From: Myxococcota bacterium
GTDB taxonomy: Bacteria; Myxococcota_A; UBA796; SXON01
Direction of reading: 5' to 3'
DNA: 64,000 bases
NCBI GenBank assembly: GCA_040386535.1
Contig: JAZKFH010000008.1
Span: 79,911 to 143,910, forward strand
The notes below the pieces were generated by a model. That model was not told the DNA's origin. It was given only the letters and a program-made list of their open reading frames with translations, and made no database searches. This document shows positions 1-8,708 of the stretch, in pieces. A program made the position numbers and the translations under genes. How positions within the stretch are numbered: position 1 is the first letter of the stretch; each line of letters begins with the position of its first letter.

Positions 1-253
1 CCCACAGGATGGCCTCGTTGCCGCCGTACTTCCCCGCGCGCACCATCGCGCCGACGGGCCCGGCGTAGCTGCCGAGGTACCAGCCCGAAGTGACCCCTGG
101 CGGGAGCACGGGCAGGCGCTGGAGGTGGTCGGGGACCACGTCCAGACAGGTGCGGCACAGATGGCCGTCCAAGGGGCCACGCGCGGCCACCGGCGGACAC
201 GAGGCACAGGCGACGCAGGATTCGATGCCGAGACAAGAGACGACTTCGAGCAT
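1..253 (-). CDS. ComF-family protein (double zinc ribbon + phosphoribosyltransferase-like), 5' part only; runs off the window edge
   Basis: Not in the ORF track. Manual translation from ATG 253: MLEVVSCLGIESCVACASC...HLCRTCL...YAGPVGAMVRAGKYGG, i.e. CxxC...CxxC plus the Y-x-G...KY-x-G pattern of ComF. Confidence 0.75.
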   Translation of the reverse strand, partial: MLEVVSCLGIESCVACASCPPVAARGPLDGHLCRTCLDVVPDHLQRLPVLPPGVTSGWYLGSYAGPVGAMVRAGKYGGNEAILW

Positions 254-486
254 GGCTGATCAATGCTCACGTCCAAGCCGTGCGTCAAAGGTGGTTATTT
301 TCGGTTTACCCGGGGGATCCCGATCACCGTGCGGCGGATCCGTGCATAGGCGCCAGGATCTTCGAGAGGAATCCGGGGGAGGCCCCGATCTGCATCCGCC
401 TGACAGGTATTTTACGTCATTCCTGCGCTTGGGTTTACGACCTAGACGTTTGGATTATTTGGACTTCTTGGACCCGGCGGCCGCCC

Positions 487-930
487 CTACACGTGATGGT
501 ACGGTTCTCCCTTGCGAATCGTACACGCGCGATAGATCTGTTCCACCAGCACCACCCGTGCCACCGCGTGCGCCAGCACCATGGCGGACAGGCGGTGCAC
601 CTTCCACGCGCGCTCCCGCACCACGGGCGCATGGCCGTAGGGCCCGCCGATCGCGAACACGAGGGAGGTCACCCCGTCCTGCGCGCACCGCTCCAGGAGC
701 GCCGCCAGGGCGATGCTGCTGATGTCCTCCCCGCGCTCGTCGAGGGCCACCAGGCGACCGCGGGTCGGCAGGCCCGCGAGCAACGCCTCGGCTTCAGCGG
801 CCGCGGTCGACGGCCGGATGACCCGCTCCTCGAAGGGGAAGTGACGCGTGATGCGCCGCGCCCAGTCGGCGCATGCATCGTCCGCCCAGGGCAGCTTGCC
901 CGAGCGGACGGAGCTCGCGACGAGCTTCAC
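487..930 (-). CDS. rlmH: 23S rRNA (pseudouridine1915-N3)-methyltransferase
   Basis: VALDERG, FAIGGPYG, LVEQIYRA and C-terminal GEPYHH motifs; GTG start overlaps the rsfS stop (GTGA). Confidence 0.93.
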   Translation of the reverse strand: MKLVASSVRSGKLPWADDACADWARRITRHFPFEERVIRPSTAAAEAEALLAGLPTRGRLVALDERGEDISSIALAALLERCAQDGVTSLVFAIGGPYGHAPVVRERAWKVHRLSAMVLAHAVARVVLVEQIYRACTIRKGEPYHHV

Positions 931-1313
931 CCCCTCGTCTGCCCGGCGGCCCCTCGTGCCGCGGCGGCGGGGGGCTCGAAGGGGATGCGCCGTGCGTCGG
1001 CCCACATCGCCTCGAGATCATAGAACCCGCGCATCGGCTCCTCGAAGACGTGCACCAGCACGTCACCGAAGTCGATGAGGATCCACCGGGACGCATCCAG
1101 CCCCTCCACGCCGATCGGCCGCTGGCCGATCTCGCGAAGGTCGTGAATGATCCCCTCGGCGAGCGCTCGGACGTGCCGCCGGCTCGTGCCGGTGCAGATC
1201 ACGAAGCTGTCGCAGTACGACGCCTTCCTTCCCAGATCCAGGACGGTCACGTCCTCCGCCTTTCGGTCGGACGCGAACCGCGCGGCGGCCGTGGCCAGGT
1301 CAAGAGACTCGAT
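927..1313 (-). CDS. rsfS: Ribosome silencing factor RsfS (Iojap); probable non-canonical ATC start
   Basis: DRKAEDVTVLDL, FVICTG, WILIDFGDVLVHVF, FYDLEAMW motifs; rsfS-rlmH synteny; family-like sequence continues upstream of the first GTG (1250). Confidence 0.92.
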   Translation of the reverse strand: MESLDLATAAARFASDRKAEDVTVLDLGRKASYCDSFVICTGTSRRHVRALAEGIIHDLREIGQRPIGVEGLDASRWILIDFGDVLVHVFEEPMRGFYDLEAMWADARRIPFEPPAAAARGAAGQTRG

Positions 1314-1331
1314 GACAGCACCTCGCGGACA

Positions 1332-1805
1332 TCATGCGTTGATCACCTTGAAGGAGGTAAGGACAACATAGCGCACGCCATCTACTTCGAGCAGTTTCCC
1401 CACAAGAGAGAGCCGCGCGTTGACATGGCCCTCCACCGCCATCAGCTCGACCAGCTCGTTGGCGATCACGTTGACCTCGGCCGCGGAGCGGTCGGGCGCG
1501 GTGTACGGGACCGCCACCATGCTCACGAGGTCGTTGCTCGAGGGGGTGAGGGAGCCCACGTAGGACCAGTCCTGGCCCTCTTCCAGCACGCGCCGGGCCA
1601 TCATGCCGGTGGTGTAGGAGCAGTTGCTGCCGAGGAGCTCGCCCCCACGCGCGGAGTGGCTCGCGGCCGTCACGTCCATGGTGACGGCGGCGGGGGTCAC
1701 CGGGGCTGCGCTCCGTGGCGCGACGTGCGCCGGGGCGTCGATCGGCCCCGCGTAGGCGGCGGGGAGGAAGGCGATCATCGACGCGAAGGAGAGCGCAGGC
1801 ACCAT
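1332..1805 (-). CDS. Hypothetical secreted protein
   Basis: 157-aa ORF with signal-peptide-like N-terminus (AYA), co-directional within the operon. Confidence 0.7.
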   Translation of the reverse strand: MVPALSFASMIAFLPAAYAGPIDAPAHVAPRSAAPVTPAAVTMDVTAASHSARGGELLGSNCSYTTGMMARRVLEEGQDWSYVGSLTPSSNDLVSMVAVPYTAPDRSAAEVNVIANELVELMAVEGHVNARLSLVGKLLEVDGVRYVVLTSFKVINA

Positions 1806-1856
1806 CTTGGCTCCGTCAGGGATCGTACCATACAGGCGCCCCCTGGGTCGGGCAAG

Positions 1857-2537
1857 TCATGGCTTGTCTCCTTGAGGCGGGGAAACCTCCGGATCGAGGC
1901 CCACACCCCCCATGCCGAAGGTGAGCTCCACGTCCTGTTTCTGGGCGCCGGAGACCGCCTCGATCTTGACCCGGCCCTTGAGACGGACGGCGCTGGCCTC
2001 GTCGATCCAGACCTCTCCGTCGGCCGCGGTGACGGTCCACCCGCGCCGCGGCTTTTCGGGCGGAGGCGCCGCCGAGACCGTGTGCCGGAGCGCGCGCCGG
2101 CCCTCGACGATCTCGATCGTGTCGGGCTCCAGGCGCACGCCGGCCGCGAGGCCCTCGAGCGCCCAGGACCACGGGTCCCACGTGCCCGCCAACTGCACCC
2201 GGAAGGGCTCCGCGTCGCCCTTCTGCACCAGGGGGCCATCCCCCCCGTTGGTCCACGCGATCGCGTCCCACACCACGACCTCGCTGCGCACACGGTCGTC
2301 CCGCCGCTGCACGTAGGACCAGTGGTCGGCGTCCCGCCAGCGGAGCTCGAACGACTCGGTGCTGACGCGCGGCGGGGTGCCCTCGCCGCCCATCGACCGG
2401 CGGACCTCCGCCTGCAGGCGGTAGCTGCCGAGCCCGGACACGGTGGCGAAGGTGGCCTTCTCGGCGGCAACGGGGGGAGGGAGCGCCTCCTCCTCGGTGG
2501 AGCCGACGCAGGCCAGCACCCCGAGCAGGCCGATCAC
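1857..2537 (-). CDS. Hypothetical lipoprotein (beta-rich, possibly LolA/LppX-like)
   Basis: MIGLLGVLAC lipobox-like start; GTGA overlap with the obgE stop. Confidence 0.7.
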   Translation of the reverse strand: MIGLLGVLACVGSTEEEALPPPVAAEKATFATVSGLGSYRLQAEVRRSMGGEGTPPRVSTESFELRWRDADHWSYVQRRDDRVRSEVVVWDAIAWTNGGDGPLVQKGDAEPFRVQLAGTWDPWSWALEGLAAGVRLEPDTIEIVEGRRALRHTVSAAPPPEKPRRGWTVTAADGEVWIDEASAVRLKGRVKIEAVSGAQKQDVELTFGMGGVGLDPEVSPPQGDKP

Positions 2538-3544
2538 GACCGGGGGATCTCGCTGATGCGGGTCCAGGTGCGCCGGAGCAGCTCGGGGACGCCGTCCCCT
2601 GCGATGGCGGAGATCACGTGGATCTCGCCGGCGCCGGCCTCGGTGAGCAACGCGCGGGCCTCGGCTTCGGCCTCGTCATCCACCGTGTCGCGCTGCGTGA
2701 GCACGACGAGCTCGGGCTTCTCGGCCAGCTCGGTGTCGTAGGCGGCCAGCTCGTTTCGCAGGCTGCGGTAGCGGTGCGCCACGGACTCGGCCTCCATCGG
2801 GGAGAGCGAGACGAGGTGCAGCAGCGTGCGCGTGCGCTGGAGGTGCCGCAGGAACTGGTGGCCCAGCCCCTTGCCCTCGGCCGCGCCCTCGATGAGGCCG
2901 GGGATGTCGGCCACGACGAAGTTGGCGCCTTCACCCATGGACACCACCCCGAGATTCGGGATGAGCGTGGTGAAGGGGTAGTCGGCCACCTTGGGCCGTG
3001 CTGCCGAGATCATCGTGATCAGGGTCGACTTCCCGGCGTTCGGGTACCCGAGCAGCCCAACGTCCGCCATGAGGCGGAGCTCGAGCTTCAACGTGAGCGC
3101 GATGCTCGCACCACCGGGGGTGGTCGTACGCGGCGCCCGGTTGGTGCTGGTCTTGAAGTGAGTGTTGCCCAGGCCGCCGATGCCACCGGGGGCCGCGACG
3201 CGCTCCTCACCCGCGGTGAGCAGCTCGAACAACACGGCGTCGGACTCGGCATCCCGAACGATCGTGCCGACCGGCACGGGGATGACGAGGTCGGCGCCCT
3301 GAGCACCGGTCTTCCGCCGCCCGGAGCCCGCCACGCCGTCACCGGCGCGCCAGGCGGAGCGGCTGCGAAGGTCGAGGAGGGTGTGCATGCCGCTGGACGC
3401 GAGGAAGGACACATTCCCCCCTCGCCCACCGTCGCCCCCGTCCGGGCCTCCCATCTCGACGTACTTTTCCCGTCGCATGGAAGAGGAACCACGGCCCCCC
3501 TTCCCGCTATGGACGTCTACTTCTACCTCGTCGACGAAGCGCAC
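2534..3544 (-). CDS. obgE: GTPase ObgE/CgtA
   Basis: MRFVDEV, GGPDGGDGGRGG, GYPNAGKST, ADYPFTTL, DIPG motifs; downstream of rpmA. Confidence 0.98.
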   Translation of the reverse strand: MRFVDEVEVDVHSGKGGRGSSSMRREKYVEMGGPDGGDGGRGGNVSFLASSGMHTLLDLRSRSAWRAGDGVAGSGRRKTGAQGADLVIPVPVGTIVRDAESDAVLFELLTAGEERVAAPGGIGGLGNTHFKTSTNRAPRTTTPGGASIALTLKLELRLMADVGLLGYPNAGKSTLITMISAARPKVADYPFTTLIPNLGVVSMGEGANFVVADIPGLIEGAAEGKGLGHQFLRHLQRTRTLLHLVSLSPMEAESVAHRYRSLRNELAAYDTELAEKPELVVLTQRDTVDDEAEAEARALLTEAGAGEIHVISAIAGDGVPELLRRTWTRISEIPRS

Positions 3545-3578
3545 AAACCCTCCTGTGGGGGACGATGCGCCCCGACGA

Positions 3579-3854
3579 CTACTCGGCTGCGGAGGAGAGC
3601 TCCGCCGTCGGGTAGACAGACACGTACTTGCGATTCAGCCGGCGCTCGAACTTGACTTCGCCGCTGACGAGCGCGAAGAGCGTCCAGTCGCGACCGACGC
3701 CCACGTTCTTGCCCGGGTGGAAGACGGTGCCGAGCTGCCGCACGAGGATGTTCCCCGCGAGGACGTCCTGCCCGTCACCACGCTTCACGCCGCGGTATTG
3801 CGGATTCGAGTCGCGCCCGTTGCGGGAGCTGCCCTGTCCCTTTTTATGAGCCAT
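3579..3854 (-). CDS. rpmA: 50S ribosomal protein L27
   Basis: [16 protein letters not shown] signature. Confidence 0.99.
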   Translation of the reverse strand: MAHKKGQGSSRNGRDSNPQYRGVKRGDGQDVLAGNILVRQLGTVFHPGKNVGVGRDWTLFALVSGEVKFERRLNRKYVSVYPTAELSSAAE

Positions 3855-3863
3855 GGTAGACCT

Positions 3864-4172
3864 CTACGCCTGGATGCTGTTGATCTGAAGAACGCTGAGC
3901 GAGGCCCGCCCGTTCTTCTGCTTACGGCGGCGCTGGCGGTGGAGGTACCGCATCGACTCCGTCTTGGCGCCTTTGACGTGGGCCGCGACCGTGGCCGTGA
4001 CCACTGCGCCGGGGACGGTGGGCGCGCCCACCACCACGTTATCGCCGCCGACCATGAGGACCTGGTCGAGCGCGAGTTCGCTTCCGACCTCGGCCGCGAC
4101 GCGATCCACAACGAGGGTGGTCCCTTCGGACACCCGATACTGCTTGCCACCCGTGACGACGACCGCGTACAT
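3864..4172 (-). CDS. rplU: 50S ribosomal protein L21
   Basis: MYAVVVTGGKQYRV signature; ATG at 4172 preceded by AAGGAAGG. Confidence 0.97.
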   Translation of the reverse strand: MYAVVVTGGKQYRVSEGTTLVVDRVAAEVGSELALDQVLMVGGDNVVVGAPTVPGAVVTATVAAHVKGAKTESMRYLHRQRRRKQKNGRASLSVLQINSIQA

Positions 4173-4224
4173 CGTTTTCGACCTTCCTTGAAGCCGGTCG
4201 CGCTTAACACACCCCAACGTGGGG

Positions 4225-5934
4225 TCAAGAAACGCGTTGACCGAGCTGGGCACGCACCACATCGAGGCGCGCCTGCACCTCATGGGTGCTCATGCCCGCA
4301 TAACGCTCTGGGAGCATACGTCGAGAGGAGGACTCGAAGACGGCCAAGAGTTCCATGTATTCGAGCATGCGGACATCCCGGCTGGGGATGAGATCGGTCA
4401 CCGCGCGGGCCAGATCGGCCTCGGAGAGGCGCTCGCGGCCCTCCCACGCGGCGAAGTTCGCCGCGGCGAGCACGACGGCCTCGATCTCGGCGGCTGAGTA
4501 GCCGGCCGTACCATCCACCACCGCGTCGAGCTTCGCGCCTTCCTCCAGGCTGAGCTGGGCCTTGCGCACCACCGCGGCCGTGACCTGGCGCCGCTCCTCG
4601 GTGCCCTCCGGGAAGAAGAAGGGGATCTTCACGTCGAAGCGGCCGGGGCGCTTCAGGTCGGTGTCGAGCTTGTCGGGGCGGTTCGTCATCATCAGGATGA
4701 TGACGCGGCCGCGGTGCGACGTGTCCGACATGAACTCCTTGAGCCGCGCGATGACCCGGCTCGAGGTGCCGCCGTCCCCTTCGGAGCCCGACGAGAGCGA
4801 ACGGTCGGCCTCGTCGAGGATGAGGAGGACGTACCCGAGGCCGTCGACCACCTGGAGGATCTTCTCGAGGTTGCCCTCGGTCGAGCCGACCCACTTCTCG
4901 CGGAAGTTCTTGAACTTCAGGCAGGTGAGTCCGCTCTCCCGCGCGAAGGCCTCGGCGAGGAACGTCTTTCCCGTGCCCATCGGCCCGACGAAGATGAGCC
5001 CCATCGGGACGCGGTTGCGTTGGCCGCGCTTGATCGCCTCTGCGATGCGCATGAGCTCGGTCTTGATCGACTCCATGCCGCCCACGTGCGAGAAGTCGTG
5101 GGAGGGATCGACGAACTCGACGAGCGAGTGGCACTCCTGCTCGATGATCGCCTTCTTGCGCTGGTTGACCGTACGGAACGTGATGGGGAGGCTCGACTGG
5201 CGTGCCTGGCGCAACAGCCCGCGGATCTGGGTGAGCGAGAGGCCAGCGGTCACCTTGGCGAGCTGCGCGTCGTCGAGATCCTGGACGATGCCGCGGCGGT
5301 CCTGCACGCGCAGGAAGGCCTCGCGCTCGGCGACGCCGGGGAGCGGCACTTCGAGCGGCAACACGTGGCTGGAGGCGACGAGGCGCCGGTGCACGTCCGA
5401 CAAGGTCTCGGTGACGAGCACGACCAGGTTGTCGCTCTGGACCAGCGAGGGATCAGCGCCCAGGCGCAGAAGCGTCACGAGGTTGTTCTTGTCCGACTCG
5501 GACATGAACGAGAGCTCGCCGTTGGGGATGATCGTCTCGATGTAGTCGATGACCACCGACGCGCGCTGGGTGGGATCGGTGACGAGCTCCTCGAGCAGCG
5601 GCAGCACCTGGCCCGGCGAGCGCGGGAGGGTGTCGACCGGGTCGCGCCCCTCCATCAGTCGGCGCGCGGTCAGCGTCCGCTTGAACGCCGCCTCCTGGGC
5701 GCGGCTCCCGAACTCCACGCCCTCGGAGAGGTTGTAGTAGACGACGAGGTCCTTCGTGCGGCCGAGGAATTTCTCCAGGAATTCCCGGATCGACGTGTAG
5801 CGGACGGTGACGCCGTCCGGCTCCGGGGTCGGATGGATGTCGCGCGTGTTGCCGTGGAGCAGGAACACGCTCGACTCGCCGGAGAGGTAGCGATCACGGA
5901 GCGAGACGGCCCATGCGGGGAGGATTGTTTCCAT
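4225..5934 (-). CDS. AAA+ family ATPase (degenerate N-terminal AAA module + intact C-terminal AAA)
   Basis: Walker A GPMGTGKT, Walker B LILDEAD, SRH TNRPDKLD..LKRPGRFD, pore loop KWVG. Confidence 0.9.
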   Translation of the reverse strand: METILPAWAVSLRDRYLSGESSVFLLHGNTRDIHPTPEPDGVTVRYTSIREFLEKFLGRTKDLVVYYNLSEGVEFGSRAQEAAFKRTLTARRLMEGRDPVDTLPRSPGQVLPLLEELVTDPTQRASVVIDYIETIIPNGELSFMSESDKNNLVTLLRLGADPSLVQSDNLVVLVTETLSDVHRRLVASSHVLPLEVPLPGVAEREAFLRVQDRRGIVQDLDDAQLAKVTAGLSLTQIRGLLRQARQSSLPITFRTVNQRKKAIIEQECHSLVEFVDPSHDFSHVGGMESIKTELMRIAEAIKRGQRNRVPMGLIFVGPMGTGKTFLAEAFARESGLTCLKFKNFREKWVGSTEGNLEKILQVVDGLGYVLLILDEADRSLSSGSEGDGGTSSRVIARLKEFMSDTSHRGRVIILMMTNRPDKLDTDLKRPGRFDVKIPFFFPEGTEERRQVTAAVVRKAQLSLEEGAKLDAVVDGTAGYSAAEIEAVVLAAANFAAWEGRERLSEADLARAVTDLIPSRDVRMLEYMELLAVFESSSRRMLPERYAGMSTHEVQARLDVVRAQLGQRVS

Positions 5935-5979
5935 CCCTGCCGCCTATCGTGACTGTCGTGCGTCCGGGCGAGAACGCAC

Positions 5980-6672
5980 CTACCGGCGCTTGAGTCGCGC
6001 CTCGAGGTCGGTGAAGCGGCGCTCCAGGACCGCGAGCCGATCGGGCTCTCCGGCGGGGGTGGTCCCCTCCAGGCGCGCGAGGCGCGTGTCGAGATCGACC
6101 ACGTCGCCGTCGGCGCCCACGAGATCTTCCACGTCGTCCTCGAGCCGCGCGAGCCGCCCCGACTCCCCGTCGACACGCGCGAGGCGAGACTCGAGCACGG
6201 CGACCCGCGCCGCGAGCGCGCCGAGGCCGCCGTCCCCGTGCTCCAACCGGAGGACGCGGCGCCGCAACATCCGCGTGCGCCTCCGCGCCACGGTGTCCCC
6301 GGCGTGGGTCGACTCCAGCGAGGAGAGGCGCCCCTCCATCCGCTCGACGTTGTCGGCGATCTGGACCAGCATCCCGAGCACCGGCACGCGGTCGGCGGCC
6401 TCGTCCGTGCCGCGCCCCTCCCGGAGGAACCGGACCGAGAGGTAACGGGGCGAGCCGTCGAAGTGGTGGGGCTCCAGCGCGTTGCCGTCCCCGAGGATGA
6501 CGTGGTAGTAGCCGCCCGCCCGCACGGAGATGGCACGCACCTCGTCCTCCCAGAGGACGGTCTCCCCTGTCGCCGTCGGATGCAGGCGGAAGAGCAGATC
6601 GTAGACGCCCGGGTTGGCGGGCGGCTCGTCGGCCCTACAGAGGCGACCGTGGAACTCGATCGAATGGACCAT
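5980..6672 (-). CDS. Hypothetical protein: N-terminal beta domain + C-terminal coiled coil
   Basis: ATG 6672 (MVHSIEFHGRL); heptad-like L..LE.RL repeats in the C-terminal half. Confidence 0.75.
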   Translation of the reverse strand: MVHSIEFHGRLCRADEPPANPGVYDLLFRLHPTATGETVLWEDEVRAISVRAGGYYHVILGDGNALEPHHFDGSPRYLSVRFLREGRGTDEAADRVPVLGMLVQIADNVERMEGRLSSLESTHAGDTVARRRTRMLRRRVLRLEHGDGGLGALAARVAVLESRLARVDGESGRLARLEDDVEDLVGADGDVVDLDTRLARLEGTTPAGEPDRLAVLERRFTDLEARLKRR

Positions 6673-6764
6673 GAGCCGCCCTCGCCGTGCCGAGTCCGAT
6701 CGTACCGACGGGGTTTCCGCCGTGTCAAAGGCGCCGCGTCGATCCGCTCGCGAGCGTCGGTCGC

Positions 6765-7535
6765 ATGCGGATCCTGATCCCCGGGGCCGCGGGCCTCGTC
6801 GGGACCGCCCTTCGGGCGCGGGCCGAGGCGAGCGGCCACACGTGCCTGTTCCTCGAACGTTCGGAGTGTGACGTGACCGACCCGCGGTCCCGCTCCGAGG
6901 CGCTGCGGCGCCACCGTCCGGACGCGGTGCTGTTCTGCGCCGCGAGGACCGCGGTGGACGCGTGCGCCACGGACGGCTCGTCCGAGGCCGTGAACGTCGC
7001 GGCGCCCGCGGCGTGGGCCGCCGAGGTGGAGACCTGGCTGTTGTCGTCGAACTTCGTGTTCGCGCGGCCGGGGCCACATTCACCAGGAACAACGCCTAAT
7101 CCAGCGGGCGTGTACGCCGATCAGAAGGCCCGCGCCGAGGCGGCCGTGCTCGCGGCGGGCGGGCACGTGGCGCGCGTCGGATGGGTCTACGGCCCCCGCG
7201 GGCGCACCTTCGGCTCGACGCTGGTGGCGCGCCTTCGCGCCGGTGAGGAGGTCCGCGCCGTCCACGACGTGCGGGTGCAGCCCACGTGGTCGCTCGATCT
7301 CGCGGAGGCGCTCCTGGAGATGCCGCGGGGTGTCGTCCACCACGCGGGCCGGGGCGAGGTGTCGTGGTACGGGTTCGCGCTGGCCGTGTGGGCGCGCGTG
7401 GGGCGCGGGCGGGTGGTGCCCGTCCGGCTCGCGGAGCTCGGCCTGGCCGAAGAGCGCCCGCGCGACGCTCGGCTGGCGCCCGCTACGCTGCCGCCGTGGT
7501 GGGAGCGGGTCGACGCGCTGGTCGCCCGGACGTGA
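6765..7535 (+). CDS. dTDP-4-dehydrorhamnose reductase family (RmlD-like SDR)
   Basis: MRILIPGAAGLVG Rossmann motif, AARTAVD, SSNFVF, YADQK (YxxxK), RPRDARL. Confidence 0.85.
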   Translation: MRILIPGAAGLVGTALRARAEASGHTCLFLERSECDVTDPRSRSEALRRHRPDAVLFCAARTAVDACATDGSSEAVNVAAPAAWAAEVETWLLSSNFVFARPGPHSPGTTPNPAGVYADQKARAEAAVLAAGGHVARVGWVYGPRGRTFGSTLVARLRAGEEVRAVHDVRVQPTWSLDLAEALLEMPRGVVHHAGRGEVSWYGFALAVWARVGRGRVVPVRLAELGLAEERPRDARLAPATLPPWWERVDALVART

Positions 7536-8708
7536 TCAGCGCGCCAGCGCCACGGCCGCCGCCACGCGGACGCGGACGGACTCGCTCTCCAGCAGCGTCG
7601 TGAGCGCCGCACGATCGGCCGGCACGCGCGAGCCGCCGAGCGCCTCGATGGCGGCGAGCTCCAGGCCGGGGTCGGCCTCGGGGAGCGCGTCGCGGAGGGC
7701 CGCGCGGAGCCGATCGGCGCCGTCGGCGGACGGATCGAGGGTGAGGCGGCGCCCGGCCGCTTGGGCCGCCAGGAGCCGGCTACCGACATCCCCCTCGCCG
7801 AGCACACGCACGACCTCGCGGAGCTCGCCCTGGCCCCGCCCGAACAGCGCGAGGGCGGCGGCATCGTGGAACACCGGCGCGCCGACGAGGGCGCCCTTGA
7901 GGACGCCCTCGGCTGCGGGCGACCGCGCCTCGGAGAGGTACTCGATCGCCTCGAGGGCGCGCTCCTCGCCTTCGCCCAGGGCGGCCACCAGGGCCCGTTC
8001 GCCCGCCGGCGAGCCGAGCTCGAGGAGGGCCGCCGCGAGGGCCAGCTGGATCTCGGGCTCGACCCGGTCGAGCGCGGCGACCAGTGGGGGCACGAGCGAC
8101 GGGAGGCCGCTGTTGCCGATGGCGCGGAAGAACCAGAGCTCGAGCGGCAGGTTGCCCGCGGCGAGCTGATCGGCGAGACGACCCGCGGCCGCGGTGTCCC
8201 CCGTGATGGCAGCGGCGAGCAGGAGCGCGCCGCCACGCCCGCCGGTGACCTGGGCGGACGCGGCGGTGATGCGGGCACGATCCGCCACGACTTCGTCCGC
8301 CGGCACGACGCCGTCGCGCCCCGCGCGGGCCAGGGCGATCGCGGCGGCGCCGCGCACCCAGGGACCGGCCGTGGCGTCTTCGACCAGGGTGCGGAGCAGC
8401 GCGCGCGCCTCCACCTCCGCGAGCCGCGGCTCCACTGCGGCGACGGTTGCCCGCTGGACGTACTCCGACGGGTCGAAGCGGCCGCGTTGACCCCACGCGC
8501 CGCCGGCCGGCGCCGGGTCAGCCGTGACCAGGGCCGCGATCGCGTCCCGGCGCACGGACACGTCGAGGTCGGCGGCGCCGGCCTCGAGCGCGGCGCGGAC
8601 CGCGGGATCGAGCGGCACGCGCGTGACGGGCGCCGCGAGGTCGACCGGGAGCGGCGCCGCGCGATGGGCGCAGCCCGGGCCCGCCGCGAGCAGCCACAGC
8701 AGCATCAT
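7536..8708 (-). CDS. HEAT-repeat protein, probably exported or a lipoprotein
   Basis: Hydrophobic N-terminus with PGC; repeated VR..AA.AL motifs; ATGA overlap with the upstream FHA gene. Confidence 0.8.
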   Translation of the reverse strand: MMLLWLLAAGPGCAHRAAPLPVDLAAPVTRVPLDPAVRAALEAGAADLDVSVRRDAIAALVTADPAPAGGAWGQRGRFDPSEYVQRATVAAVEPRLAEVEARALLRTLVEDATAGPWVRGAAAIALARAGRDGVVPADEVVADRARITAASAQVTGGRGGALLLAAAITGDTAAAGRLADQLAAGNLPLELWFFRAIGNSGLPSLVPPLVAALDRVEPEIQLALAAALLELGSPAGERALVAALGEGEERALEAIEYLSEARSPAAEGVLKGALVGAPVFHDAAALALFGRGQGELREVVRVLGEGDVGSRLLAAQAAGRRLTLDPSADGADRLRAALRDALPEADPGLELAAIEALGGSRVPADRAALTTLLESESVRVRVAAAVALAR

